Source: Candidatus Latescibacterota bacterium
GTDB lineage: Bacteria > Latescibacterota > UBA2968
Direction: 5' to 3'
Length of the DNA stretch: 64,000 nucleotides
Assembly (NCBI GenBank): GCA_965222605.1
Contig: OZ244960.1
Location: 704,001 to 768,000 of the forward strand
Shown here: in pieces, positions 31,109 to 41,249 of the stretch
Layout: each line of letters starts with the position of its first letter
Position numbering within the stretch: position 1 is the first letter of the stretch
Notes under the pieces: generated by a model
Told to the model about the DNA's origin: nothing
The model's database searches: none
What the model saw: the letters and a program-made list of their open reading frames with translations, nothing else
Program-made: the position numbers and the translations under genes

Positions 31109-32083
31109 ATGAGGTTTTTGGTTACGGGCGGTGCGGGTTTTATTGGCTCACATCTGGCCGAACGGCTCTTGAAGCGAGACCACGAAGTTTATGTTTTAGA
31201 CGATCTTTCAACTGGAGATCTGGACAATGTGCGGCACCTTGAAGGGAATCCGCGGTTTCAACTGAAAGTGGGCACAGTGCTCGATCCTGAGACGCTAAAG
31301 CCCTTAGTCGATTGGAGTGATGTCATTTATCATCTCGCGGCGGCTGTGGGTGTGAATTACGTCATCAACCACCCATTGCAGTCTTTGACCACGAATATTC
31401 GAGGCACCGAACTCCTGTTGGAATTGGCGAACAAAAAGAAGAAACGGGTACTTTTGGCTTCCACTTCAGAGGTTGCGGGAAAGAAAAACGGCAAAGCGAC
31501 ATTCAGGGAAGACGATGATCGGTTGTTGGGACCAACAACCGTTGCGAGATGGAATTATTCAACCTCTAAAGCCGTCGGTGAAATGCTTGGGTTGGCTTAT
31601 TGGAGAGAAAAAAAATTGCCCGTAATCATGGTGCGTTTTTTCAATGTGATTGGTCCCCGGCAGAGTCCAGAATACGGTATGGTGGTGCCCCGGTTTATCA
31701 AGCAGGCATTGTTGGGACATCCTATTACAGTATATAACGACGGCGAGCAACGGCGGTGTTTTACCGATATAGAAGATGCTTTAGATGGATTGACAGCATT
31801 GATGGAACACGACCAAACGCCGGGCGAAATTTTCAATCTGGGCGGCAATCACGAGACCAATGAAATTTGCATCAAGGGCCTCGCGGAAAAAATTAAAACA
31901 CTAACGGAAAGCGACTCACCCATTGAATTTGTGCCTTATGAGAAGGCATTTGCAAAGGGTTCTTACGAAGACCTCAATTATCGCGTTCCCGATTTGACCA
32001 AAATTAAAAAATTAACGGGTTATAACCCCAAAATCAGTTTGGATACCACATTGCGGCGCATTATTGAATACTACGAATCGTGA
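31109..32083 (+). CDS. NAD-dependent nucleotide-sugar epimerase/dehydratase
   Basis: GGAGFIGSH, HLAAAVGV, ASTSEV, YSTSK, RFFNVIGPRQ. Confidence 0.92.
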   Translation: MRFLVTGGAGFIGSHLAERLLKRDHEVYVLDDLSTGDLDNVRHLEGNPRFQLKVGTVLDPETLKPLVDWSDVIYHLAAAVGVNYVINHPLQSLTTNIRGTELLLELANKKKKRVLLASTSEVAGKKNGKATFREDDDRLLGPTTVARWNYSTSKAVGEMLGLAYWREKKLPVIMVRFFNVIGPRQSPEYGMVVPRFIKQALLGHPITVYNDGEQRRCFTDIEDALDGLTALMEHDQTPGEIFNLGGNHETNEICIKGLAEKIKTLTESDSPIEFVPYEKAFAKGSYEDLNYRVPDLTKIKKLTGYNPKISLDTTLRRIIEYYES

Positions 32084-32153
32084 TGCCCGCTTTACTTTTT
32101 TTACAAACGGCGTTTGCATTGCCCATTGGGAAGTGTAAACGCCAATTTTTGTT

Positions 32154-33302
32154 ATGAATCGACGTCCCAAAGTACTCCATACCATGACATGGCTTGCACC
32201 CGGTGGCGGCGCAGACCGAAATGTGTATCTTTCGATGAAGGGCATGCAAAAGGATTACGAGATTCACCTGGCCGTTGGACAGCAAATCGAGCGGGACGAT
32301 CTGTTAAAACTACACGGAGTTGTCGCGCATATATGCCCATATTTAGACCGGGAAATCAGACCCTGGCGCGATTTTCGCGCGCTACTGTGGTTCATGCAAT
32401 TGATTCGCCGCGAGCGTTTTGATCTGGTTCACACCCATGAAAGCAAAGCGAGTTTGCTCGGGCGCCTCGCCGCGCGATTGGTCGGCTGCAAGCATATCAT
32501 CTATGGGCTTCACGGTGTGGTTTTTAACGATCCAGTCAACCACATCAAACGGCGGTTCTACATCGCACTCGAAAAAATGACGATATGGGCTTGCGATTTG
32601 ATCATAGCCGTTGGTCGAGACACAATTCGGCACTATCATCGGGAAAATATCGGTCGCAGCATTCCCCATCAGATCGTTTATAGCGGCATTGATGTTGTAG
32701 AGTTTGAACAGCGTCTGAACAACGTAAAAAAAGCCGCATTTCGACGCGAGATAGGCATACCTGACGACGCGCCCGTACTGGTCAATATTGGCCGTTTTTC
32801 ACCCGCCAAAGCACAACATTATACGATTGAGTCATTTGCCAGATTGCAATGTCCCGGAGCCAGATTGTTATTGGTAGGGGAAGGACCAGAGCGCGCAGCA
32901 TGTGAGCGACTTTGCGCCGAGTTGGGAGTTGAAGACCGTGTCATTTTCGCGGGATTTTTCCAGGATATTACACCTGCGTATGCGATTGCCTCTGTGCATG
33001 TCCTATCCTCTTTGCGCGAGGGCTTGTCCGGCGTTGCTGTGGAAGCATCCCTCGCGCGGGTGCCCACAGTGTCGTTCGAAGTCGAAGGCATACGAGAGAT
33101 TGTAACACATGGACACTCGGGTTTTGTCGTACCACAAGGTGATATCGAGGCGATGGAGAAATATTTGGAAAAATTGATCGGAGATTCTCAGATGTGTCGC
33201 ACATTTGGAGAACGCGCATACCAGCACGCGATTGATCGATGGGATCACCGCGTTATGGTGCAAAAATTGGATACCATTTATCGGCAAAGGCTCAAAAGAT
33301 GA
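32154..33302 (+). CDS. glycosyltransferase family 4
   Basis: HTHESKA, GRFSPAK, SSLREGL...EA. Confidence 0.88.
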   Translation: MNRRPKVLHTMTWLAPGGGADRNVYLSMKGMQKDYEIHLAVGQQIERDDLLKLHGVVAHICPYLDREIRPWRDFRALLWFMQLIRRERFDLVHTHESKASLLGRLAARLVGCKHIIYGLHGVVFNDPVNHIKRRFYIALEKMTIWACDLIIAVGRDTIRHYHRENIGRSIPHQIVYSGIDVVEFEQRLNNVKKAAFRREIGIPDDAPVLVNIGRFSPAKAQHYTIESFARLQCPGARLLLVGEGPERAACERLCAELGVEDRVIFAGFFQDITPAYAIASVHVLSSLREGLSGVAVEASLARVPTVSFEVEGIREIVTHGHSGFVVPQGDIEAMEKYLEKLIGDSQMCRTFGERAYQHAIDRWDHRVMVQKLDTIYRQRLKR

Positions 33303-33994
33303 AATCGCGCAAAATGGAGTACGACTGCGCCAGCAGTTCATCGACGCGGGCTGTCGGGCAGTTTTTTGATATTTATGCAAAAAATTTTGATACGATCTAC
33401 GGGCATACAGGACATCGAAGCGCGCTCGGCAGATGCGTAGATCGCGCATTTCGGCAGGTGATGGTGCGGCGTTTTGAGGAAACGCTTCGGCAAACGGAAA
33501 AACCAGCAATTCATTCTGTCTTAGATATCGGGTGTGGCCCGGGACGGTACACGGCTGCGTTTGCACTTCAAGGAAAAGAAGCCGTAGGGGTAGATATTGC
33601 AGAGGAAATGCTAAAAATCGCACAGAACAATATCGACACGCTCAATGTGACCGCAGACCTCGTTTTAGGCGATTATCTGTCTGTTCATTTTGATCGGGTA
33701 TTTGACGCGGCGTGTCTGATGGGATTTTTTGATTATATTGAAGATCCCGTACCAATTTTGAAGAAATTGGCCGCAGAAGTAACCAGCGAGTTTTACGCGA
33801 GTTTTCCAAAATCGGGCGGTTTTTTGGCGTGGCAGCGGCAGATCCGATACCGCCTGCGAAGATGTCCGCTATGGTTATACAGCAAACGAGATGTTGAAGA
33901 CGCGCTAATTACAAGCGGCTTTGCCGGATGCTACGAAATTCGCGATTTTGGCCGCGATTGGTATGTGGTCGTCCAAATGCAGAGCACCAGGTAA
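33299..33994 (+). CDS. class I SAM-dependent methyltransferase
   Basis: VLDIGCGPG, GVDIAEEM. Confidence 0.88.
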   Translation: MKSRKMEYDCASSSSTRAVGQFFDIYAKNFDTIYGHTGHRSALGRCVDRAFRQVMVRRFEETLRQTEKPAIHSVLDIGCGPGRYTAAFALQGKEAVGVDIAEEMLKIAQNNIDTLNVTADLVLGDYLSVHFDRVFDAACLMGFFDYIEDPVPILKKLAAEVTSEFYASFPKSGGFLAWQRQIRYRLRRCPLWLYSKRDVEDALITSGFAGCYEIRDFGRDWYVVVQMQSTR

Positions 33995-34044
33995 GCATCA
34001 AGACGCTTGCATCTAACTCGTGTAAAGACCAGAGCCGTTTTTTT

Positions 34045-35571
34045 ATGTCAAAAGGTCTCACATTTTTGAAACTATGCGCTGCCGCGGCCTTTGCAATACT
34101 GGCGTGGATCGCTTCGGGCATCTCATTATTAGATGATGATTGGGGCCATCTCAAGTTGGCGTCCAAAGGCGTTATCTCTGCTTTGACAACGGGATGGGAG
34201 GGCCTAATTGGGCAAGGTGGATATTATCGCCCGGCGGTTGTTTTATCCTTTTATCTGGACTATTTAATCGGCGGTTATGCGCCCGCTATTTATCACATCC
34301 ACAATATCTTGATTCACGCCGGATGCGCGTATCTCGTTTTCTTGTTTGCGCGATGCCTCTCCACAGACCGCGCGGTGGCCTGGGGCGCCGCGCTTTTGTT
34401 TTTTGTGCTCCCCATTCACACCGATTCCGTTTTCTGGATCGTCGGGCGCACAGATCTGCTATGTACGTTGTTTTATCTAAGCACGCTGATTTTATTTTTG
34501 AAATACCTGCAACGCGGTTCTACCGGCACGCTATTGGGGCTTGCCGTTTGTAGTGCGCTCGCTTTTTTGTCCAAAGAAATGGCCGTTTCCCTGCCCATCG
34601 CGCTCGCGGCACTGGTCGCGTATTGCAAAGCGTGGAAAACAGCACAGGCGCGGCGCGGATTGACGGTTGTCTGCATCGTATTGCTGGCGTATTTTGGCAT
34701 CCGATGGCTCGTGCTGGACAGCGCCTTGGGGGGGACACCTCGCGTATCAATTCTAAATTGGACACGCGATGGTGTGAAAGCAGTGGCAAAATTTGGGATG
34801 AGTGATATCTGGTGGTTGGGCATTGCGCTGGTGGTCGGAAGTGCTGGGATTTTTATTTATCAACATGGTCGCGGCATCTTGCACAAAGGTTGCCCGTTTG
34901 CCCTATTCTTGATCTTCCTCCTCGGCGCGAGTCTCGCCCCGGCATTGGGGCATTTGCACAACTGGTATTTGTATTTGCCCTCCGCCTTCTTTTGTCTGGG
35001 TATCTCTACGATCTGGCTAAATAAAAAACAGCCAATTCTCTGCTTTCTATTTGCCGTTCTAATCCTGTATTACGGAATGGTGATCGGACGCGAAGGCTTT
35101 TTCTGGCGCGATGCATCGCAAATGAGCGAAAATGCGATTGCCAATTTGATGCCCCATGCCCAGACAACCACCGGCACGTTATTCGTCTGCAACGTGCCCT
35201 CGGCGTGGACACCCCCCGGAGCGTTCAGCGGCAAACCGCTATTTGCTTATGCACTCAAAAATGCACTTGCCATGCGCTCACCCCAACCGTTGCAAGCGGA
35301 AATCGCAATGGTGAATCACGTCTGGTTGACAGATAATTTTGCGTGTCGCATTCACAGGACAAATACGGGTTTTGATCTGGCGATTAAAAAAGGCGGCTTC
35401 TTTTCGTTTCACAGCAAGGGACGGGGACAAACACCGCCTTTTTCAATTGATCAAACTTGGGGGCGTGTAACAGCCTACACAACCGATTCCCTCTCGGTCG
35501 CGCTGAATATGCAACCGGAGGATCGCGTGATAATTTACAACAAGGGTGAGTTTGAAAAATTGTGGCCGTAA
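34045..35571 (+). CDS. multi-pass membrane glycosyltransferase (GT-C/PMT-like)
   Basis: DDDW, YYRP, HIHNILIH, PIHTDSVFWIVGRTD, LSKE motifs. Confidence 0.72.
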   Translation: MSKGLTFLKLCAAAAFAILAWIASGISLLDDDWGHLKLASKGVISALTTGWEGLIGQGGYYRPAVVLSFYLDYLIGGYAPAIYHIHNILIHAGCAYLVFLFARCLSTDRAVAWGAALLFFVLPIHTDSVFWIVGRTDLLCTLFYLSTLILFLKYLQRGSTGTLLGLAVCSALAFLSKEMAVSLPIALAALVAYCKAWKTAQARRGLTVVCIVLLAYFGIRWLVLDSALGGTPRVSILNWTRDGVKAVAKFGMSDIWWLGIALVVGSAGIFIYQHGRGILHKGCPFALFLIFLLGASLAPALGHLHNWYLYLPSAFFCLGISTIWLNKKQPILCFLFAVLILYYGMVIGREGFFWRDASQMSENAIANLMPHAQTTTGTLFVCNVPSAWTPPGAFSGKPLFAYALKNALAMRSPQPLQAEIAMVNHVWLTDNFACRIHRTNTGFDLAIKKGGFFSFHSKGRGQTPPFSIDQTWGRVTAYTTDSLSVALNMQPEDRVIIYNKGEFEKLWP

Positions 35572-35584
35572 AAAAGGTACGATC

Positions 35585-38500
35585 ATGAAAACTTTCTGGC
35601 ATTGCATCCCCGCACTCACTTTGCTAATCTCAACAAGCATCGCACACGCGGGAGACGTGCGCGTGGTGGCAACGGGTGAAAACTGGGTGGAAGTTGTGGT
35701 GGATGCATCCGATATAGCTATCACCTCAGGATCGCCTTATGATCGCATAGACGTGCCGGGATGGATGTGGTTACACCAGCCGGGAGCACCTGCTGTACCT
35801 GTGCGCGGTGCAACACTGGGCATGCCTTATGGCTCTCGCGCAGTTGTTCAAGTGCTCAATGCAGACTATGAAGAAATCGAAGGTTTGGACTTGATGCCCG
35901 TGCCACAGACACAGTTGTTGGGATCTGAACAACATCCATTTTCGAGGTCGGTTTATCTGAGGGATGAGATAATTTACAACACGCCGGGATTTTATCCCGG
36001 TGCAGAAGCCGTTGTGGCGCACACGGGCATCTTGCGCGATCAACAAATCGCGATTCTGTCTTTGCGTCCAGTGCAGTACGACCCCGTTCAGCACAGACTT
36101 CGGATTGCACGACAGTTGCGCGTGCGCGTGTTATTTATCGCCGGTACAACGCCGTCACCTATTCGGCTTTTGAGAGACAGGGACGGTTTTGATCCCCTCT
36201 ATCAAAAGGGATTGCTCAATCCCGAACAGGCACGCTTCTGGCGCGGACGGCGCATTCGCGCGACAAAACGCGTACAGGATTGGTACGATCCCACAGCCAC
36301 GTATTACAAGATCAGAATTTTTGAAGATGGCCTCTACCGATTGAATGCGCGCTGGTTTTCCGAATCCGGCATTGTGTTGGCACCGGGAGATCTGGATCGG
36401 TTGCAGGTATTTTTAGACGGAAAAGAAATCCCGCTACTCATTGAAGATGGAGGCGATGGAGTGCTGTTTTGGGGCGCATTTCGGCGTGCGCCAGATCGAG
36501 ATTTTGAAAGTGAGTACGGCACAGAACGCGTCTATTTCCTGCGTATAGGTCGAGAATCCGGCTTGCGATATACACGGGCTGAGGACGCATCTACTAACGA
36601 GGTCACGACGCATTTTTGGTCGCGCAAACACGTTGAAATCGATTCGACCTATGAAGCCCTGGGACATGCGCGAAATGCCAACCGCGACCACTGGTTCTGG
36701 CAACGCACCGCATCTCCGTCGCGCCCGGGCGATATGCCCACAGATGTCGTAATGCCCGTACCTTTGCCGGGGCTGGCGCGCGAAGCAGGTGGCAACGCAC
36801 AAATTCGTCTGGGCATGCATTCGTTGACCCTGAACCAGGACATAAACCCCGATCACTACGCTATCATACAAATTCAGGATGGTCCGATCATCACAGAAGC
36901 GCGCTGGGATGGACAGGACGCCCATATAGCGACAGGCATAGTACCTGTATCGGCATTGTCAGATACCACATATATCGCGTTGCGAACGCCTGGCGATCCC
37001 TCGTTTCCATTCGATCCGATTCCTTATATCGACCACGTATATTTCAACTGGGTGGAGATTACCTATCTGCGGCGTTTTGAGGCCATAGATGGCATGCTGC
37101 GTTTTAATCCGGGCATTGTGCTTTCGCCGCGCGCGATCTCAATTGCCAATTTTGAACACGATCGGATTAGAGTCTTGAATTTGGACAAAAACAAGATTGT
37201 CACCACGGTGCGGGGTGACGAGGGGATTAGATTTGAGATTGCCGAAAGTGGCGATTTTGTCGCGGTGGATGAAACAGCAATAAAAACACCCAAACTCGCA
37301 GAACCCGATATACCTTATGATTTGCGCGGATTCTCTGGCGCAGAGTACGTGATTATTGCAGGTACAGATTTTATGGATGCAGCCGAGCGTTTGGCCGCGC
37401 ATCGGCAAGGGCAGGGGTTATCGACACTTGCGGTCAATGTGGCCGATGTATATGACGAGTTTTCCTTTGGACAAGTCGATGCCGAGGCCATTCGCCGTTT
37501 TGTACAATACGGATTTCACACCTGGACGCAACGCCCCGTGTACGTATTGTTGCTCGGGGAATTCAGCTTTGATTATCGCAATTTGTTTGGGCAAACTCGT
37601 ATTGCGCGTCACAACCTCGTACCGGGTATGCCCTTTCAATCTCCCAACCGCGGTCTGGCATTTACCGATGAGTTTTTTGGGCGAGTGGATGATGATTTGT
37701 TTATGGATGTATTTGTGGGGCGGTTTTCCGTACGCCGCGCATCGCAGGCCAATACAGTTGTACAAAAAGTGATCGCTTATGACGAAACGCCGTCGGCGCA
37801 ATGGCGCAACCGCATCACACTAATGGCAAATTGGGATGCACAGGACCCGTCTAAATTTGCCGCTCCGAGCGATATACTGGCAACAATTACACACGCTATC
37901 GGGCTGGAGAATTTCAAGGTATATCACGACGCAGATACGCCGCCCGAACCCAATGCCTCATCCCGCGAAGTTATTCGACAGATCAATGAGGGGCGTCTAA
38001 TTGTAAATTTTATGGGACATGGCAGTGCTTCATCGATGTCCAAATTCTTCGCCGGAACATTTCAGCAAGGGGCGTTCAATTACATGAGCCAAATTCAAAA
38101 TGCTGAACGCCTGCCCCTGTTTATCGGGATGTCGTGTCTCAATGGTTTGTATTGGGATCCGCGCATCATTAGTCTCGCCGAAGAAATGACCAATAAACCC
38201 GATGGCGGCGCAATAGCATATATTTCCTCGTCTTCTCTCTCTTTTATCCGCATTAACAACCAACTCAACACCGCGCTATTTCGACATATATTTGAAAATG
38301 GTGTACTGGCTTTCGGGCAAAGTCTTGCACTGGGCAAAATGACCGAACTCGCGGTTCTCCCTTCGAGTGAACTCGGACTGGTGGGAATGAATTTGATCGG
38401 CGATCCCGCACAACAAATCGCAGTACCGCAAAGCCCGGATTTTGTACTTGGCGATGCGGCGTTGCAGTTAGACCAGCAAGGCGAACTGACCACGGGAGAT

Positions 38501-41236
38501 TCGGTTCGGGTAACGCTACGCATAGATAATTGGGGTACTTTGCCCGATCGCAGCGTGGATATCATCCTGATTGATCGCAACCTGGATTCCGCCGCGATCG
38601 ATACCCTATTCATGGCAGCCTTGCCGCCTTTTGGAACACGCGACAGTGTGACAGTACTCTGGCGTCTCAAGGATCGCGCCGGACGCCATATCTTAGAAGC
38701 GATAGCCGACCCAGCCAATGCGATTGCAGAAGGCGATGAAACAAATAATCGGACAGCGGTAGAAATCGATGTCTTAGGTGCATTGTCGGCTGTGCCGTTC
38801 TTGCCATTGCCGAGTCAGACCGTTGCAAATGCCCAGGTGATATTAGGCGTGCGGTCTGGGGAAGATCAATTCCACCTAACGGGCGAATTTGAGCTGAGTA
38901 CATCTGGCGATTTCCAAGATGCAATGCACTCGGGCAGCGTGGCCGCCGTCGAAGGCTTCATTTTATGGCGACCGACGGGTTTGCGCGGGGGGTCTTATTT
39001 TTGGCGCGCCCGACTATCCGATGGACAGACAATAGGACCCTGGTCCGATGTGCGACATTTTGTGGTGGCATCCTCTGTACCCGAGCGGCAGGTGGTGTGG
39101 CAACAAGACGGTGCTATTGCATTATCGCGCGGCACAGGCGAAGATCTCGTGCTGTCTGATGACGGTTCTGTAGGGCGCACTATGTCTCCACCGCCGATTC
39201 GATTCAATGCGGCTGAAGCTTCTTTTTTGAGCGAAGGGGTGGCGGGCACAGCCGTTTTGTGTACGGACGGAACATACCTGTATGTGAAGCGATTCTATAC
39301 ACCGCAAGGCCAGCGCCAGTATCCCGGCAGCGATCTATTCGCGCGCATTGGCACGGGGTTCAATGGCACGGTGGCGGGTCAAAATTACGGAATCGTGACC
39401 GAGACACCTGTTCCGGGCATTTCTGCGACATTTCACAGCGATGGGTTTATCTATGCCGAACACCGCACAGCGCGCTCTGTATTGCGCATTTCTCCCATCA
39501 CTGGGCGGGTCGATACCGTTGAAGTGCCCGACCGCTTGCTGGATTTGTTCCGCGGATTGCCCTTTGACGCCCATGCTTTAATTACCTCTGACGGCGAGTT
39601 TATATACAACGTATCCTCAGGTGTCAATGGCATACGGCGCAGCGGATGGACCGTGCGCGTCTTTGACCCGGCAAATGCATGGCGCGTCGTGCGGCAATTT
39701 ACCGTTCAGCCAACAGAAACGGGATTTGGATATCTAATTACAGATGGCGCGATTGCCGACGGGCGGTTTATCTACTTAATCGAATTTGGCACGGGATTGA
39801 CACATCGCGTGCGCGTGGTAGATGCACATACCGGGGCATTCGTCGAAGAATATGAAAGCGATCAGGCGCGAACAGATATTTTGGGAGGACAATTTGACTG
39901 GGTGAACAACGTGGTGTGGTTGGGGCAATTGCGCGGGGGCATGGTATATCGGTATCCGGGACAGAGCTTGCCCGAGTTTGGCACCTTAACATCTGAACCA
40001 ATTGGACCAGCGAGTGCCTGGCATACGGTAACGACAGCTTTATCGGGCACGGGCAAAGCCGAAGTAAATTTACTCGGCGAGATCGATAACAATACTTTTG
40101 CACCATTGGCACAATGGCAAAATTTGCCATCCGGAACACAAAATTTGGACGGTATAGCCGTCCCGCGACTAAAAATTCAGATCAGATTGTACGGAGAGGG
40201 ATTAAATCCATCTCCTGGCCTGCAAACCTGGACCACAACATATCAACCGATTTCGGATATTGGCCTGAGCAATTTGCGGGCAGAACCTTTTGAAATAACG
40301 GAATTGCAACCCGTGCACCTCCATCTCGACGTGCAAAACCGAGGTCCATTAGACCTTGCTCTGGGCACATCTGTCGCCTTTTATAGCGGCTCTCCCGCAT
40401 TGGGGCGTCTGATAGGACGCGTGGCTGTACCCGAAGATAGCCCGCTCGGACGGATCATACCCCTGCGCCTGACGTGGCAAACCGCGCAATGGGCCGGGCA
40501 ACACATGGTAACGGCTCGTTTGGAAAATTTTCAGAGGCAGTCGATTTTTCCCGGCCGTGAGGTAGCGCTTACAGAGCCAGTGCGGATTGCGCCCAGTTCT
40601 GACCGCGATGTGCCAACAATTGAAATCGCGGCACTGGATGCTCTCGGCGAAGTTCGACCAGAAGATTATTTGCCCTCCCAACCGACATTTCGCATTTCCA
40701 TGCGCGATACAGCCGGTATTGATTTGTCCAGCATTCGCCTATCGCTTTCGGGAACGGACGAAGGACAGGAGAATCATTATGAGTCGGAAAAAATAAAAGA
40801 CCGCGCTGTTACCCCCATGACACTGTCATTTGTCTATACCCCAAACGCGCTTGTCGATGGTCGTTATACACTCAATGCCGAAGCCTCTGACAGACTGGGA
40901 AATGGTCCTGCAAAAATTGCGATGTCGTTTCAGGTCTCTTCAATATTGGCGATAGAAAACGCACTGGTCGCGCCCAATCCCGTATCCGATACGGGTCATT
41001 TTACATTCATCTTATCGCGTCCTTCAGAAGTCACCGTGCGGATTTACACCCTTGCCGGGCGGCTCGTTGAGGTAATTGAAGAGCCATTTGCACGCGCGGG
41101 ATACAACCAGATTTTTTGGGATGGACGAGACGCCGACGGACATGTGCTGAGCAACAACACGTATCTGTACATCTTGACAGCAGACAATGGCGAATCGCAG
41201 ACGCGGGTTAAAGACAAGTTGATTGTATATCGATAA
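35585..41236 (+). CDS. large exported C25 (gingipain/PorU-like) cysteine peptidase with CARDB and C-terminal FlgD-like domain
   Basis: Signal peptide, C25 propeptide, DVYDEFSFG, NFMGHG (His) and GMSCLNG (Cys), EGDETNN, APNP...WDGRD tail. Confidence 0.88.
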   Translation: MKTFWHCIPALTLLISTSIAHAGDVRVVATGENWVEVVVDASDIAITSGSPYDRIDVPGWMWLHQPGAPAVPVRGATLGMPYGSRAVVQVLNADYEEIEGLDLMPVPQTQLLGSEQHPFSRSVYLRDEIIYNTPGFYPGAEAVVAHTGILRDQQIAILSLRPVQYDPVQHRLRIARQLRVRVLFIAGTTPSPIRLLRDRDGFDPLYQKGLLNPEQARFWRGRRIRATKRVQDWYDPTATYYKIRIFEDGLYRLNARWFSESGIVLAPGDLDRLQVFLDGKEIPLLIEDGGDGVLFWGAFRRAPDRDFESEYGTERVYFLRIGRESGLRYTRAEDASTNEVTTHFWSRKHVEIDSTYEALGHARNANRDHWFWQRTASPSRPGDMPTDVVMPVPLPGLAREAGGNAQIRLGMHSLTLNQDINPDHYAIIQIQDGPIITEARWDGQDAHIATGIVPVSALSDTTYIALRTPGDPSFPFDPIPYIDHVYFNWVEITYLRRFEAIDGMLRFNPGIVLSPRAISIANFEHDRIRVLNLDKNKIVTTVRGDEGIRFEIAESGDFVAVDETAIKTPKLAEPDIPYDLRGFSGAEYVIIAGTDFMDAAERLAAHRQGQGLSTLAVNVADVYDEFSFGQVDAEAIRRFVQYGFHTWTQRPVYVLLLGEFSFDYRNLFGQTRIARHNLVPGMPFQSPNRGLAFTDEFFGRVDDDLFMDVFVGRFSVRRASQANTVVQKVIAYDETPSAQWRNRITLMANWDAQDPSKFAAPSDILATITHAIGLENFKVYHDADTPPEPNASSREVIRQINEGRLIVNFMGHGSASSMSKFFAGTFQQGAFNYMSQIQNAERLPLFIGMSCLNGLYWDPRIISLAEEMTNKPDGGAIAYISSSSLSFIRINNQLNTALFRHIFENGVLAFGQSLALGKMTELAVLPSSELGLVGMNLIGDPAQQIAVPQSPDFVLGDAALQLDQQGELTTGDSVRVTLRIDNWGTLPDRSVDIILIDRNLDSAAIDTLFMAALPPFGTRDSVTVLWRLKDRAGRHILEAIADPANAIAEGDETNNRTAVEIDVLGALSAVPFLPLPSQTVANAQVILGVRSGEDQFHLTGEFELSTSGDFQDAMHSGSVAAVEGFILWRPTGLRGGSYFWRARLSDGQTIGPWSDVRHFVVASSVPERQVVWQQDGAIALSRGTGEDLVLSDDGSVGRTMSPPPIRFNAAEASFLSEGVAGTAVLCTDGTYLYVKRFYTPQGQRQYPGSDLFARIGTGFNGTVAGQNYGIVTETPVPGISATFHSDGFIYAEHRTARSVLRISPITGRVDTVEVPDRLLDLFRGLPFDAHALITSDGEFIYNVSSGVNGIRRSGWTVRVFDPANAWRVVRQFTVQPTETGFGYLITDGAIADGRFIYLIEFGTGLTHRVRVVDAHTGAFVEEYESDQARTDILGGQFDWVNNVVWLGQLRGGMVYRYPGQSLPEFGTLTSEPIGPASAWHTVTTALSGTGKAEVNLLGEIDNNTFAPLAQWQNLPSGTQNLDGIAVPRLKIQIRLYGEGLNPSPGLQTWTTTYQPISDIGLSNLRAEPFEITELQPVHLHLDVQNRGPLDLALGTSVAFYSGSPALGRLIGRVAVPEDSPLGRIIPLRLTWQTAQWAGQHMVTARLENFQRQSIFPGREVALTEPVRIAPSSDRDVPTIEIAALDALGEVRPEDYLPSQPTFRISMRDTAGIDLSSIRLSLSGTDEGQENHYESEKIKDRAVTPMTLSFVYTPNALVDGRYTLNAEASDRLGNGPAKIAMSFQVSSILAIENALVAPNPVSDTGHFTFILSRPSEVTVRIYTLAGRLVEVIEEPFARAGYNQIFWDGRDADGHVLSNNTYLYILTADNGESQTRVKDKLIVYR

Positions 41237-41249
41237 AGTGAAAAGAATT